Positions 40,672 to 56,269 of a stretch of DNA of 64,000 nucleotides are shown here, piece by piece. How positions within the stretch are numbered: position 1 is the stretch's first letter; every line of letters begins with the position of its first letter. The position numbers and the translations under genes were made by a program. This stretch comes from Eledone cirrhosa (lineage: Eukaryota): positions 17,794,001 through 17,858,000 of the forward strand of contig OZ024750.1 of NCBI GenBank assembly GCA_964016885.1, written 5' to 3'. The notes beneath the pieces were generated by a model that searched no databases, was not told where the DNA came from, and worked only from the letters and a program-made list of their open reading frames with translations.

Positions 40672-40856
40672 CTTTTTTTGTTTAATATAAGGAATTGTTT
40701 GTTCATTATTTATTTAATATTTTATCTTCACTCTGTATACCGTTTATCTTTCACCGAAATTGGATTTTCATTACATCTCTTCTTTCCATGATATCCGGAA
40801 TACATTGAGTTCTTCATACGGATTGGACACTACCGTAAACTCTTGGTAGATTTATC

Positions 40857-41030
<174 letters not shown>

Positions 41031-41253
41031 AGGCGTGTGGCTGAGTGGTTAGAGTATTGGATTCACAATCGTGAGGTTGTGAGTTCGATTCCTGAACCAG
41101 GCGATGCGTTATGTCCTTGAGCAAGACACTTTATTTCACGTTGCTCCTTCTACCTGGAGTTGCGACCGATAGATAGTATTAGCAATTGGAAAGACCAACG
41201 GAAACATAGTTTCCTCGGTCCGATTTGACGAAAGTCGATCGACTAGAATATAA

Positions 41254-41300
<47 letters not shown>

Positions 41301-41459
41301 GTAAACATGTAAGTAATATATGTATATGTATATATATATATGTGTGTACATGTATGTATATATATATATATATAGTGAAAATGGAACGGGAACAAAACAT
41401 AGAGGCAGTACGAACAAAGGTTTATTAGTTTCACGCTCGAGAGTGTGGTGTGGTGGGGA

Positions 41460-41492
41460 ACGACGTTTCGGGCATAAGCCCGTCTTCAGGCG
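41460..41492 (-). ncRNA. Minimal hammerhead ribozyme motif
   Basis: gc CTGAAGA cgggc ttat gccc GAAA cgtc gt. Stem II is perfect but stem I is very short. Confidence 0.55.
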
Positions 41493-41554
41493 AAAAGTGT
41501 GTGGGAAGAGAGTTCCAAGTGTGTGTAGGGGAGTGGGGGAGAGACATTATATAT

Positions 41555-42065
41555 ATATAGAGAGAGAGAGGTAGAGAGAGAGAGAGAGGGGGGTAAAGAG
41601 AGAGGGGTAGAGAGAGAGGTAGAGAGAGAGAGGGAGAAGTAAAGGTAGAGAGGGGTAGAGAGAGAGAGGTAAAATGAGAGGTAGAGAGAGATGAAGAGAG
41701 AGAGAGGGGTAGAGAGAGAGGTAAAGAGAGGGGTAGAGAGAGGGGTAGAGAGAGGTATAGAGAGAGGGGTAAAGAGAGAGAGGTAGAGAGAGAGGTAGAG
41801 AGAGTGGTAGAGAGAGAAAGAGGTAGAGAGAGATAGAGAAAGAGAGGTAGAGAGAGAGAGAGAGGTAGAGAGAGAGAGAGAAGTAGAGAGAGATATAGAG
41901 AGAGAGGGGTAAAGAGAGAGAGGTAGAGAGAGAGGTAGAGAGAGAGAGGTAGATAGAGATAGAGAGAGAGAGGTAGAGAGAGAGAGAGAAGTAGAGAGAG
42001 AGAAGTAGAGAGAGAGAAGTAGAGAGAGAGAGAGAGAGAGAAGTAGAGAGAGAGAGAGAGAGAGT
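41555..42065. repeat. (GA)n-rich polypurine minisatellite
   Basis: agagagaggt-type units. Confidence 0.9.
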
Positions 42066-42369
42066 GGTTGAGGAAGAGATATATTGAGCCGTGAGAAGCA
42101 GTAGATGATATCAAAGTCAAAGAAGGAGCAACATTAAAAATGTGCAGACAACAATTTTTGGCAATGGAACAATGAGTGTAGCATGGTATAAGTCTACTAT
42201 CACCATTACTACCACTACTATTGATACTGTTACCACTATTAGTGATACTACTACTGCTGCTACTACCAATATAGAAACAACCACCCCCACAACTATCATC
42301 AATCACTATCATCACCAACACCAACACCAATACTGCTACGTTTAATACCTCCCCCCCCCCCACCACCGC

Positions 42370-43540
42370 CCGTACACTACAAACGTCATCATACCACCAC
42401 CACCACCACTATCACCACCACCACTAATAATCACCACCAACCACTACCATCACCCCTACTGACACCCCTACCACCACCAACACCATCATCACTTCCACCA
42501 CATTCCTCACCACCACCACCACCACCACCACCACTACCCTCACCACCAATACCTTCACCACTACTGATACCCCCCCCCCCTCCCATCAACACCATCATCA
42601 CTACTACCCTCCCTCACCACCACTGACACCACTACACCACCACCGACGCCACTACACCACTACCTCACCACCACCACCACCACCTCTACCTTCACCACCA
42701 CCACTGACACCACTACACCACCACCACCACCACCACCACTGACACCACTACACCACCACCACTGACACCACTACACCACCACCGTCGCAACCACCGACAC
42801 CACTACACCACTACCTCACCACCACCACTACACCACTACCTCACCACCACCACCACCACCTCTACCTTCACCACCACCACTGACACCACTACACCACCAC
42901 CACCACCACCACCACTGACACCACTACACCACCACCGACGCCACTACACCACTACCTCACCACCACCACTACCCCACCACCACCACCATCACCACCACCT
43001 CTACCTTCACCACCACCACCACCACCACCATCCACTACCCTCACCACCACCACCACCACCACTGACACCACTACACCACCACCGTCGCAACCACCGACAC
43101 CACTACACCACTACCTCACCACCACCACTACACCACTACCTCACCACCACCACCACCACCTCTACCTTCACCACCACCACTGACACCACTACACCACCAC
43201 CACCACCACCACCACTGACACCACTACACCACCACCACTGACACCACTACACCACCACCGACGCCACTACACCACTACCTCACCACCACCACTACCCCAC
43301 CACCACCACCATCACCACCACCTCTACCTTCACCACCACCACCACCACCACCATCCACTACCCTCACCACCACCACCACCACCACTGACACCACTACACC
43401 ACCACCGTCGCAACCACCGACACCACTACACCACTACCTCACCACCACCACCACTACACCACTACCTCATCACCACCACTACCCCCACCACCGCCGCCGC
43501 CACCACTGACAACACTACCCCACCACCACCACCACCACCA
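42370..43540. repeat. (ACC)n-based satellite with ~300-bp higher-order period
   Basis: Marker accgtcgcaaccaccgac recurs at ~42781, 43081 and ~43404. Confidence 0.85.
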
Positions 43541-43719
43541 TGAGTCAGTATCCTGTTATTATGGAAAGGATTGTTTTCTTCCAATAAGTAAATAAGAGAC
43601 CTGTATATAGGTCAATAAAAAATACCAGGTAAAAAACAAACAGGTAAACAGAAAAACGAAAGTGACACTAATTGACGTTCTTTAAAGCTCTACCTGGAAT
43701 TTTTAGGTGTAAATTGACT

Positions 43720-44060
43720 TTGGCAGTATCGGTAGAGGGTCTGACGCCATGTTTTGCAGCAAAGAGTTATGGCCCTTTATGGTCTGAGTTCAAATCCCGC
43801 CGAGGTTAACTTTGCCTTTCATCCTTACGGGGTCGATAAAATAAAGTACCAGTAATGCACTGGGATAATTGCTGGCCTTGTGCCAAAAGTAGAAACAATT
43901 ATTTTCTAATTCAGGTACTAGGTTAGCAGTAAAAGGAGAGAGGAGGGGGAATCGATTAAATCAAATCCATTCTAGAATGGTAAATTATTTTATCGACCTC
44001 GGAAGGATAAAAGGCAAAATTGACCTCAGCAGGATTTGAACTCAGGCAGTAAAAAGCCGA
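43720..44060. mobile_element. Adjacent inverted pair of Nin/Deu-like SINEs
   Basis: + copy at 43720-43900, and - copy at ~43905-44055 (tttatcgacctcggaaggataaaaggcaaaattgacctcagcaggatttgaactcag). Confidence 0.75.
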
Positions 44061-44189
44061 AACAAATGTTGAGTGCGACTAGAAATTGCTTGTTACCTTT
44101 AATGTATTTAAGACTAAACTGCTGTCGTTTAATCATCATAGAGAACCATTTTGCCTTGCATTGGTATGGCTGATTGTATCCTCCAAAGA

Positions 44190-44340
44190 GTGCAACTTTT
44201 AGAGCCTTCTTGGCCTGACATTTGAGCTGCAATAATTATTTCTTGTTGATTGCCAAGTCTGCTGCACAGAAAGTTGGTTCAATCAGCTATGCCAGAAATT
44301 TTTTCATGCCTGAAAATATCTTATATTGTTATATATCTAC
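44190..44340 (+). mobile_element. CR1/L2-group LINE RT C-terminal fragment
   Basis: IAKSAAQKVGSISYARNFFMPENILYCY resembles the post-RT region of such LINEs. Confidence 0.5.
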
Positions 44341-45127
44341 CAAATTACTATCATCATCACTACCATTTTATACGATTTTCGTGCTGGCATGGGTCAGGCA
44401 TTCTGAGACTAGATAGGTTAGGTGAGAATGTCTTGTTTATGCATTTAATTCTAGAATGGTTTCTACAGCTGAATATCCATCCAATTTACTACTGTATTTT
44501 ACTGTGACCCCAGCATTTGGAATTTACAGAGTCAGCTGAGTGCATTTTATCATGACACCAGCTGTATGTATATACATATGCGCACCAGGAAGGGCATCTG
44601 GCTGCACAACATGGCTGCACAAAGAACCCAATGATGACTAAGATTAAGCCAATCATAGAGCCCGTAAGGCTAACCACTGCTTTAACAGGGGAAATGATCT
44701 TAAAACCTTTGTTGTTGTGTCATCATTATTATCGTTTAACATCCATTTTCTATGCTACCATAGGTTAAACGGGTTGTCCTATTTGAGGCAAGTCGGGTCA
44801 GGTGACCATGTGTTGCTCATACAGAACTGTTTCTAGCCAGTAGTATAATTATATATTAAATCTTTGATGTCATTTAAACTTTTAATGTATAACAGCTCTG
44901 CGTGAACCCCACTACATTGAGCTACAAATTAATCTGTAAATGAGTATAACTACTCCCATTGATATTATAATTATAACTATAGTATAATATTAATACTACT
45001 ATTAGATGTGTGTATGTCAATACTAATCTTTTTCCATTTCTTAGAGGGTTTTAAACCCCATTATCAAGATCAAATTTCCTTAGTCAAAAATAAGGCGAAA
45101 GCTTCTATTTCTATTATACATATATAT

Positions 45128-45175
<48 letters not shown>

Positions 45176-46435
45176 TACTCAGCTGTAGAAATGAGATGAT
45201 AGGGACTGAGGTCCTTATCATTCCACTGCAAAGTAGTCGTGGAGGTGCCACGGCCAAAAAGCACCCAGCACTCACTGTAAATGAGGTTGGTGTTAGGAAG
45301 GGCATCCAGCTGTAGAAATCAAGCCAGCATCAGTTCCCGTCCTACCCTTGCAAGCAGGGAAAAAGCGGACGTAAAATGAAATGATGATGATGATGATATA
45401 TATATCATCATCCTCATCATTTAACGTCTATCTTCCACGCTAGCATGGGTTAGACGGGAATAGTCTCACTTGAGGCAAGATTGATCGGGTGACCGTGCCT
45501 CACTCGTGTAGAACTGTATCTGTAGAACTGCTCGTGTAGAATTGTATATATGTATATATATATATATATCATCATCATCATTTTACATCCGCTTTTCCCT
45601 ATATATATATATCTGGTTTATCACATATTTCAAAGCAACACAGTGTTCTCTTATCACACAGACTTTCAGCATACTATTATTCACTGTGAGCAGATAACTT
45701 ATTTCTCATCTTCCATACATGATTCCTTTTCCTTGTTCTCTGCAAAACTCACCAGTGGCTATATCACACTCTTGCTCTTCACAACCATCCTTCAAGGTGA
45801 ACACATCATTACTTTTTGTCTCTTTATCCTTCCTTTATCATTGTATTCTCCATATTATCTGCAAGACTGTGGCCCCAAGTTTTTCGACCTCCTCGCAGTA
45901 AGACCTGGAAACTGATCACTGATCTCTGATCTCAAGCAGGTAAATAACAACACGAGACCAACTCATACACAAGAAGAAGTCTAACAACAACTGCCTGTTT
46001 GATCACGTTATCACATCCCTCTTTATTTCTCCCTATCCATGATATCAGTCCAATTCATCTGTTCATCAAACTTATTTTCCTGTCTGTCTGTCTGTCTGCC
46101 AGTTGTCCACACATAATTATCTGTTACTCACGATACTCCAGTTCTTCTGAATGACACCTTCAGATTTTGGAAACATTGGTCATGGTAGAGCTCTGAGTTA
46201 TGGTTACCCAACTGTTTTCCTACCAGGAAAGAGTTGGTTCATAGGGGCCGGCTGATAATCAGAATTCTTCCTTGTTATTGTAGTGTCTGTATCTGTACGG
46301 CTCTGTTCTATTTTTCCACGTGACTCCTTCATGTTCCTGCTTTGTTCTATTTCCTACTTATTTCATTACATTTGATTTATCAGATATTCCAATGTAACAC
46401 TGTACTCCCTCATCTCATAGTCTCAGACTTTTGGG

Positions 46436-46473
<38 letters not shown>

Positions 46474-47316
46474 GTATATATACACACACATACACAGATA
46501 CACATCTAAACCCATGCTAGCGTGGAAGATAGATGTTAAATGATGATGATGATATATATATGTGTATTATCATCATCATCATCTTTTTACGTCAATTTTT
46601 CCACACACATACATACACACACATATATACACACACATTCATCCACACATACACACATACATGTATATATATAAATATACGTAAATATATATATATGAAC
46701 AAAGAAAATATTTTTTGGCTTTTATCCATATGTAAAATCAAAAATCCCTAAGCATGTGACTATGTTGGAATATACATGAATATGTGTCTATGTGTAGCTT
46801 GGTATACATGTGTTTGAGGCACTATACATGTATGTATATATATATATATATATTTGTCTGTATGTATATATATATATATATATTTGTCTGTATATATATG
46901 CATATATTTGTCTGTATATATATATATATTTTTTTTTCTGTATATATATATATATATATGTTTGTCTGTATGTAAATGTATATATTTGTATGTATATATA
47001 TATTTGTCTATATGTATATATATATATTTGTTTGTATGTATATGTATATATTTGTTTGTATATATATATATATTTGTCTGTATATATATATATTTTTGTC
47101 TATATGTATATATATATATTTGTCTGTATGTATATATATATATTTGTTTGTATATATATATATATATATTTGTCTGTATATATATATATATATTTGTCTA
47201 TATGTATATACAGTATATATATATATTTGTCTGTATGTATATACAGTATATATATATATTTGCCTGTATATATATATATATTTGTCTGTGTATATATATA
47301 TATATTTGTCTGTATG

Positions 47317-47353
<37 letters not shown>

Positions 47354-47360
47354 CTGTATG

Positions 47361-47430
<70 letters not shown>

Positions 47431-47869
47431 TGTATATATGTGTGTGTGTATTTGTGTGAATTTGTCTGCATATGTATGTATTATATATGTATATATTTAT
47501 GTATGTGTATGTATGTTAGTAAACATGAGTATGTATAGGAGAGAATGAGGAAGGGGAAGAGGTAAGAATAGACAGGCATTACGTAGATGTAGTTGTTGCT
47601 GTTGTTATTGTGAGAGTTATTGTTGTTCCTGTTATTGAGTATTGTTGTATTTGTTATTGTTACTATTGCTGCTGCTGTTGTTGTTGTTGTTATGTCAAAG
47701 CCATTAGGTATGTAGAAAAATAAACCCCACTACTACTACTACTGCTACTACTACTACTAGCAATACAACAACAACAGGTTACAATACTACCACCAGCACA
47801 ACAGCAACAATACTACTAATACCACCACCACATTAACACCAACACAACAACAACGACAACAACAACGAC

Positions 47870-50100
47870 AACAGTTACTATAATACCACCACCATCACCA
47901 CCAACAGTAACAGTACCACCACCACCACCATTACATCACCTACAGTAACAGTACCACCACCACCACCACCACTACATCACCAACAGTAACAGTACCACCA
48001 CCACCACCACCACCACCACTACATCACCAACAGTAACAGTACCACCACCACCACCACTACATCACCAACAGTAACAGTACCACCACCACCACCACTACCA
48101 CTACATCACCAACAGTAACAGAACCATCACCACCACCACTACATCACCAACAGTAACAGTACCACCACCACCACCACTACATCACCACCAACAGTAACAG
48201 TACCACCACCACCACCACCACCACCACTACATCACCAACAGTAACAGTACCACCACCACCACCACCACCACTACATCACCAACAGTAACAGTACCACCAC
48301 CACCACCACCACTACATCACCAACAGTACCACCACCACCACCACCACTACATCACCAACAGTAACAGTACCACCACCACCACCACTACATCACCACCAAC
48401 AGTAACAATACCACTACCACCACCACATCACCAACACTACATCACCACCAACAGTAACAATACCACCACCACCACCACCATTACATCACCTACAGTAACA
48501 GTACCACCACCACCACCACCACCACTACATCAACAGTAACAGTACCACCACCACCACTACATCACCAACAGTAACAGTACAACCACCACCACCACCACTA
48601 CATCACCAACAGTACTACCACCACCACCACCACCACCACTACATCACCAACAGTAACAGTACCACCACCACCACCACTACATCACCAACAGTAACAGTAC
48701 CACCACCACCACCACCACTACATCACCAACAGTAACAGTACCACCACCACCACCACCACTACATCACCAACAGTAACAGTACCACCACCACCACCACCAC
48801 CACTACATCACCAACAGTACCACCACCACCACCACCACCACTACATCACCAACAGTAACAGTACCACCACCACCACCACCACCACTACATCACCAACAGT
48901 AACAGTACCACCACCACCACCACCACCACTACATCACCAACAGTAACAGTACCACCACCACCACCACCACCACTACATCACCAACAGTAACAGTACCACC
49001 TACACCACCACTACATCACCAACAGTAACAGTACCACCACCACCACCACCACTACATCACCAACAGTAACAGTACCACCACCACCACCACCACCACTACA
49101 TCACCAACAGTAACAGTACCACCACCACCACCACCACTACATCACCAACAGTAACAGTACCACCACCACCACCACCACTACATCACCAACAGTAACAGTA
49201 CCACCACCACCACCACATCACCAACAGTAACAGTACCACCACCACCACCACCACTACATCACCAACAGTAACAGTACCACCACCACCACCACCACTACAT
49301 CACCAACAGTAACAGTACCACCACCACCACCACCACCACTACATCACCAACAGTAACAATACCACCACCACCACCACCACTACCTCAACAGTAACAGTAC
49401 CATCACCAACACCACCACAACATCACCACCAACAGTAACAATACCACCACCACCACCACCACCACCACTACCTCAACAGTAACAGTACCATCACCAACAC
49501 CACCACCACCACAACATCACCACCAACAGTAACAATACCACCACCACCACCACCACCACTACCTCAACAGTAACAGTACCATCACCAACACCACCACTAC
49601 CACCACCACCACCACCACTACATCACCACCAACAGTAACAATACCACCACCACCACCACCACCACTACCTCAACAGTAACAGTACCATCACCAACACCAC
49701 CACCACCACAACATCACCACCAACAGTAACAATACCACCACCACCACCACCACCACTACCTCAACAGTAACAGTACCATCACCAACACCACCACTACCAC
49801 CACCACCACCACTACATCACCACCAACAGTAACAATACCACCACCACCACCACCACCACTACCTCAACAGTAACAGTACCATCACCAACACCACCACCAC
49901 CACAACATCACCACCAACAGTAACAATACCACCACCACCACCACCACTACCTCAACAGTAACAGTACCATCACCAACACCACCACTACCACCACCACCAC
50001 AACATCACCACCAACAGTAACAATACCATCACAACCACTACCGCAACAATACCATCACTACCACCACCACCACCACCAATACCATCACCACCATCATCAC
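47870..50100. repeat. ~36-45-bp minisatellite with variable (ACC)n core
   Basis: accaacagtaacagtac(cac)nctacatc repeated about 50 times; the distal part forms a higher-order repeat. Confidence 0.95.
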
Positions 50101-50339
50101 AACAGTTACAACAATACCATGCAATCTATTCATTAAGACCTCTTCACTACTGTACTATGACGTAGGACTGTAGTCTGTACTACACACACTGACGTCAGAA
50201 CATACCTCCCACTCTCACCTACACACCTCTCTCACCTACCTCTCTACATTCAACCTGCTACTCTTCCAACACCCTATTCTTTTTCTTATTCATCCATAAT
50301 ATTATCTTCAGTTGCACATCATGTGTACACAGTCGCATC

Positions 50340-50759
50340 ATACGTACATACATACAGGCATACATACATACATACATACGTACATACATACATACATACA
50401 TACATACATACATACATACATACCTCCATACATACATACAGGCATGCATACATACATACATACCTTCATACATACATACATACAGGCATACATACATACA
50501 TACATACATACAGGCATACATACAGGCATACATACATACATACATACAGGCATACATACATACATACATACATACATACCTCCATACATACATACATACA
50601 AGCATACATACCTTCATACATACATACCTTCATACATACATACATACATACAGGCATACATACATACATACATACATACATACATACATACATACATACA
50701 GGCATACATATATACCTTCATACATACATACATACATACATACATAAACAGACATACAT

Positions 50760-50820
<61 letters not shown>
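50340..50820. repeat. (CATA)n and (GT)n microsatellites
   Basis: Seen directly. Confidence 0.9.
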
Positions 50821-50823
<3 letters not shown>

Positions 50824-50956
50824 ATATATATATATGTATATACATATATTTGTACACAAACACAGACAAACACACACACACACACACACACATACAGTAA
50901 AGCCTATCCAAGCCCAACCACAGACCTACAAACAGTCTCAGATAATTGCTACATAC

Positions 50957-51010
<54 letters not shown>

Positions 51011-51644
51011 CTGACAGATGAGAGAAAAGAGTACTCAATACCAATGTAGAGTTTAAATATTCATCTAAGACTCAGTATTTAACCATAATAAATGAAAACG
51101 TATATATATATATACCATCCTCATCATCATTTAACATCCATTTTTCCACACCGGCATGGGTTAGACGAGGTATCCTATTCTGAGTAATGCCAGGTCAGGT
51201 GACCACACCTTGCTCACAACATTCCCTCTTACACACACACACACACCTATCCTCTTTTTTGACAAAAGTCTATTTATATTTCACTCCTCCCATTCTGCGT
51301 TACTATTTGCACAACTTGTCTGCACCATGTCCTGCCCTGTTTCCAGTCATAAGACTTCCATTTGTTTATGTACTTGCTTTGCTGTCCTAGTTAAAAGACA
51401 CTAACCTCTTGTCCCTTGTTGTCTCAACAGGTTGTTCTAAGACATCGTGCAAGCTGTGCTCAATATTATGCAATACCACCCTTATGCACGAAATTGCATT
51501 GCCCAGGAGGTGGCTGATGAGGAAGTTAGATTCTTTAGTTCATTCATTTCACCTATTTTTTTTTTTTTATCATGTGCAACTTCGCTCAGTATATATATAC
51601 GTATAAACATGTATGTGTATTTGCATGTATACATACATACATAC

Positions 51645-51681
<37 letters not shown>

Positions 51682-51795
51682 GTAAGTTGTTGATGGCTGA
51701 GAGAGAAGAGTACTCAATACTGAAGTAGAGTTAATTTTCATTTTATTAAGGCTCTGGAGTAACAAGACTTACTATTTAGCTTGTACATGTGTGTG

Positions 51796-51871
<76 letters not shown>

Positions 51872-52534
51872 CACTCACATGCATATGTATATATATACAC
51901 ACACACACACATGTATGCATATGTATGTGTGTGTGTCTGTGAAAAGTAAACAGAAAACAACTCGGGAGAATGATACAGTACAATGAAAATATATGTTAGT
52001 TTAATGCTTGATATAGTTGGAAAAGAGACTTAATGTTTCCGACATCCATCTTTCATCAGAAAATAGAATGAGAGATAAAAGAAGAAATAGAAAGATAGAC
52101 GAAAACTGTTGTAAGTCAGCAGCTTTGCGATATCACATGACCTTAAAGAGGAAAGTCACATAACACTTTCAAAGTGGAATTTTGTGTTGTGAATAAACAT
52201 TGAGATATTCACTCAGACCTTGAATAAACACTCAAACTAATTTTCTTAAATAAATCAAACTACAATATAAACACAAACTAGAATAAATATATACACTGTT
52301 GTTTATCCTATACTACGATTGTTTTCATTAATCATCTAGCATTTAAACCAACCGTACCTGAACAGAATACTCTCACCTCTCTCTGTTCAAACTGGCAGTA
52401 ACCAGCCACTCATACTTATGTTAAAGTATTGTTCTCAAAATAAATATCAAAATCTCATAGATTCAGTATTATGCAAGATAAAGCCTTTACTGCGGAAATA
52501 CAATTGTATATATGGATTAATGTAAATGTTAAAG

Positions 52535-53090
52535 TATCGTTAGAGGGTTGGACGCCATGCTTTACAGCATAGAGTTACGGCCCTTTTCATTCTGAGTTCA
52601 AATCCAGTAATGCACTGGGTAATTGCTGGCCTTGGGCCAAAAGTAGAAACAATTATTATTATTACATTACGCCAAGGTTAACTTTGCCTTTCATCCTTAC
52701 GAGGTCGATAAAATAAAGTACCAGTAATGTACTGGGTAATGGCTGGCCTTGGGCCAAAAGTAGAAACAATTATTATTATTACATTAGGGCAGTGGATTGG
52801 CAGTATCGGTGGAACATCAGTAACATGCTTTGCAGCATAGAGTTACGGCCCTTTACGTTCTGAGTTCAAATCTCGGGGGTCGATAAAATAAAGCACAGTA
52901 AGGCACAGGGGAAATTACTGCAGAAATAAAAGCAGAAACAATTATTATTACAGCCCTTTATGTTCTGAGTTCAAATCCCACCGAGGTTAACTTTGCCTTT
53001 CATTCTTACGGGGTCAATAAAATAAAGTACCAGTAATGCACTGGGATAATTACTGGCCTTGTGCCAAAAGTAGAAACAATTACTATTACA
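52535..53090 (+). mobile_element. Cluster of 4-5 same-strand partial Nin/Deu-like SINEs
   Basis: Repeated ttctgagttcaaat / aactttgcctttcat / ggccttg.gccaaaagtagaaacaatta segments. Confidence 0.8.
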
Positions 53091-53308
53091 CTGCATAGTT
53101 ATGCATTTGAGGAAAAGCTTTCTACTGAAATAATTGCATGAAAACTATGTAAAAGTTTATTACTACTATCTTAAGTTGCTTTATATGACCTATGTTAAAA
53201 TTACATTTCTTCTAACCTATAAATATCTATTCACTATATTTTTATCTGTATAAACACATTGGGTTCAAATCTTCTCAATTGCAAAAGTAACTACATTTTT
53301 TTGTATTA

Positions 53309-53345
<37 letters not shown>

Positions 53346-53350
53346 GAGAG

Positions 53351-53381
<31 letters not shown>

Positions 53382-53699
53382 GTATATATATATGTGCGTG
53401 CGTGTGTATATATATATATATATATATACGAGAGAATATATATATATATATATGTATATATGTATATATATATATGTGCGTGTGTATGTATATATATATA
53501 TAAATGAAATAAATGAAATAACTGCTCTGTAAATCATCTGATGTTTTTACATTGAGCTACTTAACTTACTGGTAATAAGGTAGTAATATATTACTGCCTA
53601 CCACTATTTAGGGTTTGTATAAAAATATATATAACTGCAAAAAGTTTTTGTATTTACATAACCATAAATAGTATAATTAATACTATATATATATCATTT

Positions 53700-53918
53700 G
53701 ATTTATTGATTTATTGATATTTTATCTGAGTGTCCCGAATCTTCCAGATCGTAATTTTTCGTTCGTATGGTTGATTTTAGACATGTTCTATGTGTGTCGG
53801 TATTTTAACGATAGTTATAGCTCTGATTTATCTGAATTATTGAGCCCTCTGCCGCTCATTTCGAATTTTGTTTATCGTGAACTCGTGCGCCGATTTTTCG
53901 ATACTCGATTATTCTACT
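53700..53918. repeat. CpG-rich dispersed repeat; ~100 bp recur inverted at 57478-57577
   Basis: tagctctgatttatctgaattattgagccctctgccgctcatttcgaattttgtttatcgtgaactcgtgcgccgatttttcgatac matches the reverse complement at 57.5 kb with about 3 mismatches. Confidence 0.85.
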
Positions 53919-54489
53919 ATATATATATATATATATATAAATGGAAAAGAATGAAACAAAATTTCATTTCTCACTCTTAGTACGGCTGATACTTAAATGT
54001 AAGTATGCATGTATACGTACATACATATATGTATACAGACGTACAGTAGTATGTATATATATACATCTATGCACACATATATATGTGTACGTATGGATTT
54101 ACCAAACATTTATTATAATGTTTGATTTGTTTGTAAACAAACAACCCGAATTACGCTGTACAGTGTTCAGGCAACCATCATCGCCTTTTTGTTCAACACT
54201 GCCACAGGAACGATGTACTAGTTTCAAGCTTATTAGCTATCATCAGCATCGTATACCTTCCTGCCAGATGATTAAATGTCTGAAAGTATATACTTTCCTT
54301 ATGCATATTAACGGCTAAGCAGCCTAATTTGCATATCGAGTGAGTTAGTCGGCCGGGCGCACCGAAAACGATAAATATATATATACATATATCTATATAC
54401 ATATATAGATATAGATATACATATATAGGTATATATACGTATATATATATATATACATATATATCTATATACATATATATATGCACTAG

Positions 54490-54630
54490 CACTAGAAGTC
54501 GATGGAAACCGCGGAGTAGGGAGACCAAAGATGACCTGGGATGAGGTGATAAAAGCCGACCTTACCCAATTACACCTCTCAAAGGCGATGACACACGACC
54601 GTGACCTCTGGCATACCGCAGTAATACAGA
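54490..54630 (+). mobile_element. RTE LINE 3' coding fragment
   Basis: [45 protein letters not shown]. Confidence 0.75.
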
Positions 54631-55164
54631 GTATATATATATTCATATATATATAGATATATATAGAGAGATATATATACATATATAGATATATATAGAG
54701 AGATATATAGACATATATATAGATATATAAATGCATATATATAGATATATAAATGCATATATATAGATATATAAATGCATATATAGATATATAAATGCAT
54801 ATATATATATACATATACACATACATATCGATATATAAATGCATATACATATATACACACGTTTATACACACACATACATACATACACATACAAACACAC
54901 ATATACACACATACACACATATATACATACACACATATACATATAAAATTTTATAATAACAATAATAACAACAACAAGAACAATAATGAGAAATGAGAAA
55001 TGAATACTATATAAACAGACCACTAATTTGTAGCCAAATTACTTGTTTAAATGACAATTTAGTTTTGAAATCACAACTGTTCTGATACATTGGAATGGTA
55101 CTTCAGAAAATGGAGAAAATTTAGTAAGAATATAAATGAAAAGATATTTTTGAAGTTTATATCA

Positions 55165-55380
55165 TTAACCCTTCAGCATTTACATTACTCTATATTTACT
55201 ATTATATTTTCATGGTAAAGGCTTTACCTCAGATAATATCAAATCTATGAGACTTTGATATTATTTATTTTGAGAGCAATACCTTAACATCAGTATGTGT
55301 GGCCAGTTACAGCCAGTTTGAACAGAAAGAGGTTTGAGAATTCTGGCCAGATATGGCTGGTTTAAATCCTAAAGGGTTAA
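55165..55380. mobile_element. TTAA-bounded MITE-like element
   Basis: Ends ttaacccttcagcattta / taaatcctaaagggttaa. Related copies at ~27300-27485 (same orientation) and ~52328-52500 (inverted). Confidence 0.65.
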
Positions 55381-56269
55381 GATTAGCCTGGTTTTATATG
55401 AAAAGCACCCGGCCTGCCCTGTACGTCGGGAGTGCTGGTGCCATGACCAAAAATACCATCTACCTTGTAAGGTGGTATTGCCGCAGTCATGATAAAATGC
55501 TTCCAGTACATGCTGTAAAGTGATTAGCATTAAGAAGGGCATCCAACTCTAGAAATCAAGTTAAATTGGGGCTTACAAGCAGATATAGTCAGTATGTGAC
55601 AACTCTTCTAATACATACAAGTATGGAAATTAGATGCTATAATTAACATAGATAATCTATATTTATAATTAACATGTATTTATAATTAGCATGGATGATT
55701 CTATATTGTGAGATCAAGTAGAAATCTATCTCTAAAACAATTCACATGTCTCTATGTCAGTAAAGGGATATCTGTTGGTTTCAATGATGAGAGTTTCAGT
55801 TGTTTAGTCAATGGAAAGACTATCTCATTAACCTAACAATCTCTCTGACTCCCTCATTTGAAAAACTGTGTCTTTATTTTCATAAATAATTTAGAGTTTG
55901 GCATCATACTAATAAGTTCAAGTGATGATCGAAATATGTATTTCTGATTGGAATTTTACAATATTTTAATTATCTTCACAACTAAAATATAAATAAAAAA
56001 TAAATCAAATATGATTATTTAGTGGAATTTTGTAGTCCATCCATCATCCATATCCAGTTTTGGGCTCTAGGGGGCTGCAGCTGTCCCGGACTCTGAGGTA
56101 GGCAACACCAGCTAATTATTAATTTTTGTTATGAAATAGTGAAATATTAAATAGTTTCTGTCCCTGCTTCATGAAAGTAGGACAGATGGACCAATCAGAA
56201 TAAAGCTTAACGAGAAAGATTTGATGCTGTTAGTAAAGAAGAGGGGAAAGAAGGAGGATAAGTACTCAC

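Noticed and set aside
45620-46430. Possible old LINE-derived or coding sequence (also ~1430-2020, ~9540-9950 and ~25850-26450)
   Set aside because: Unique-looking but too degenerate to assign by eye; needs a translated search against TE protein libraries.
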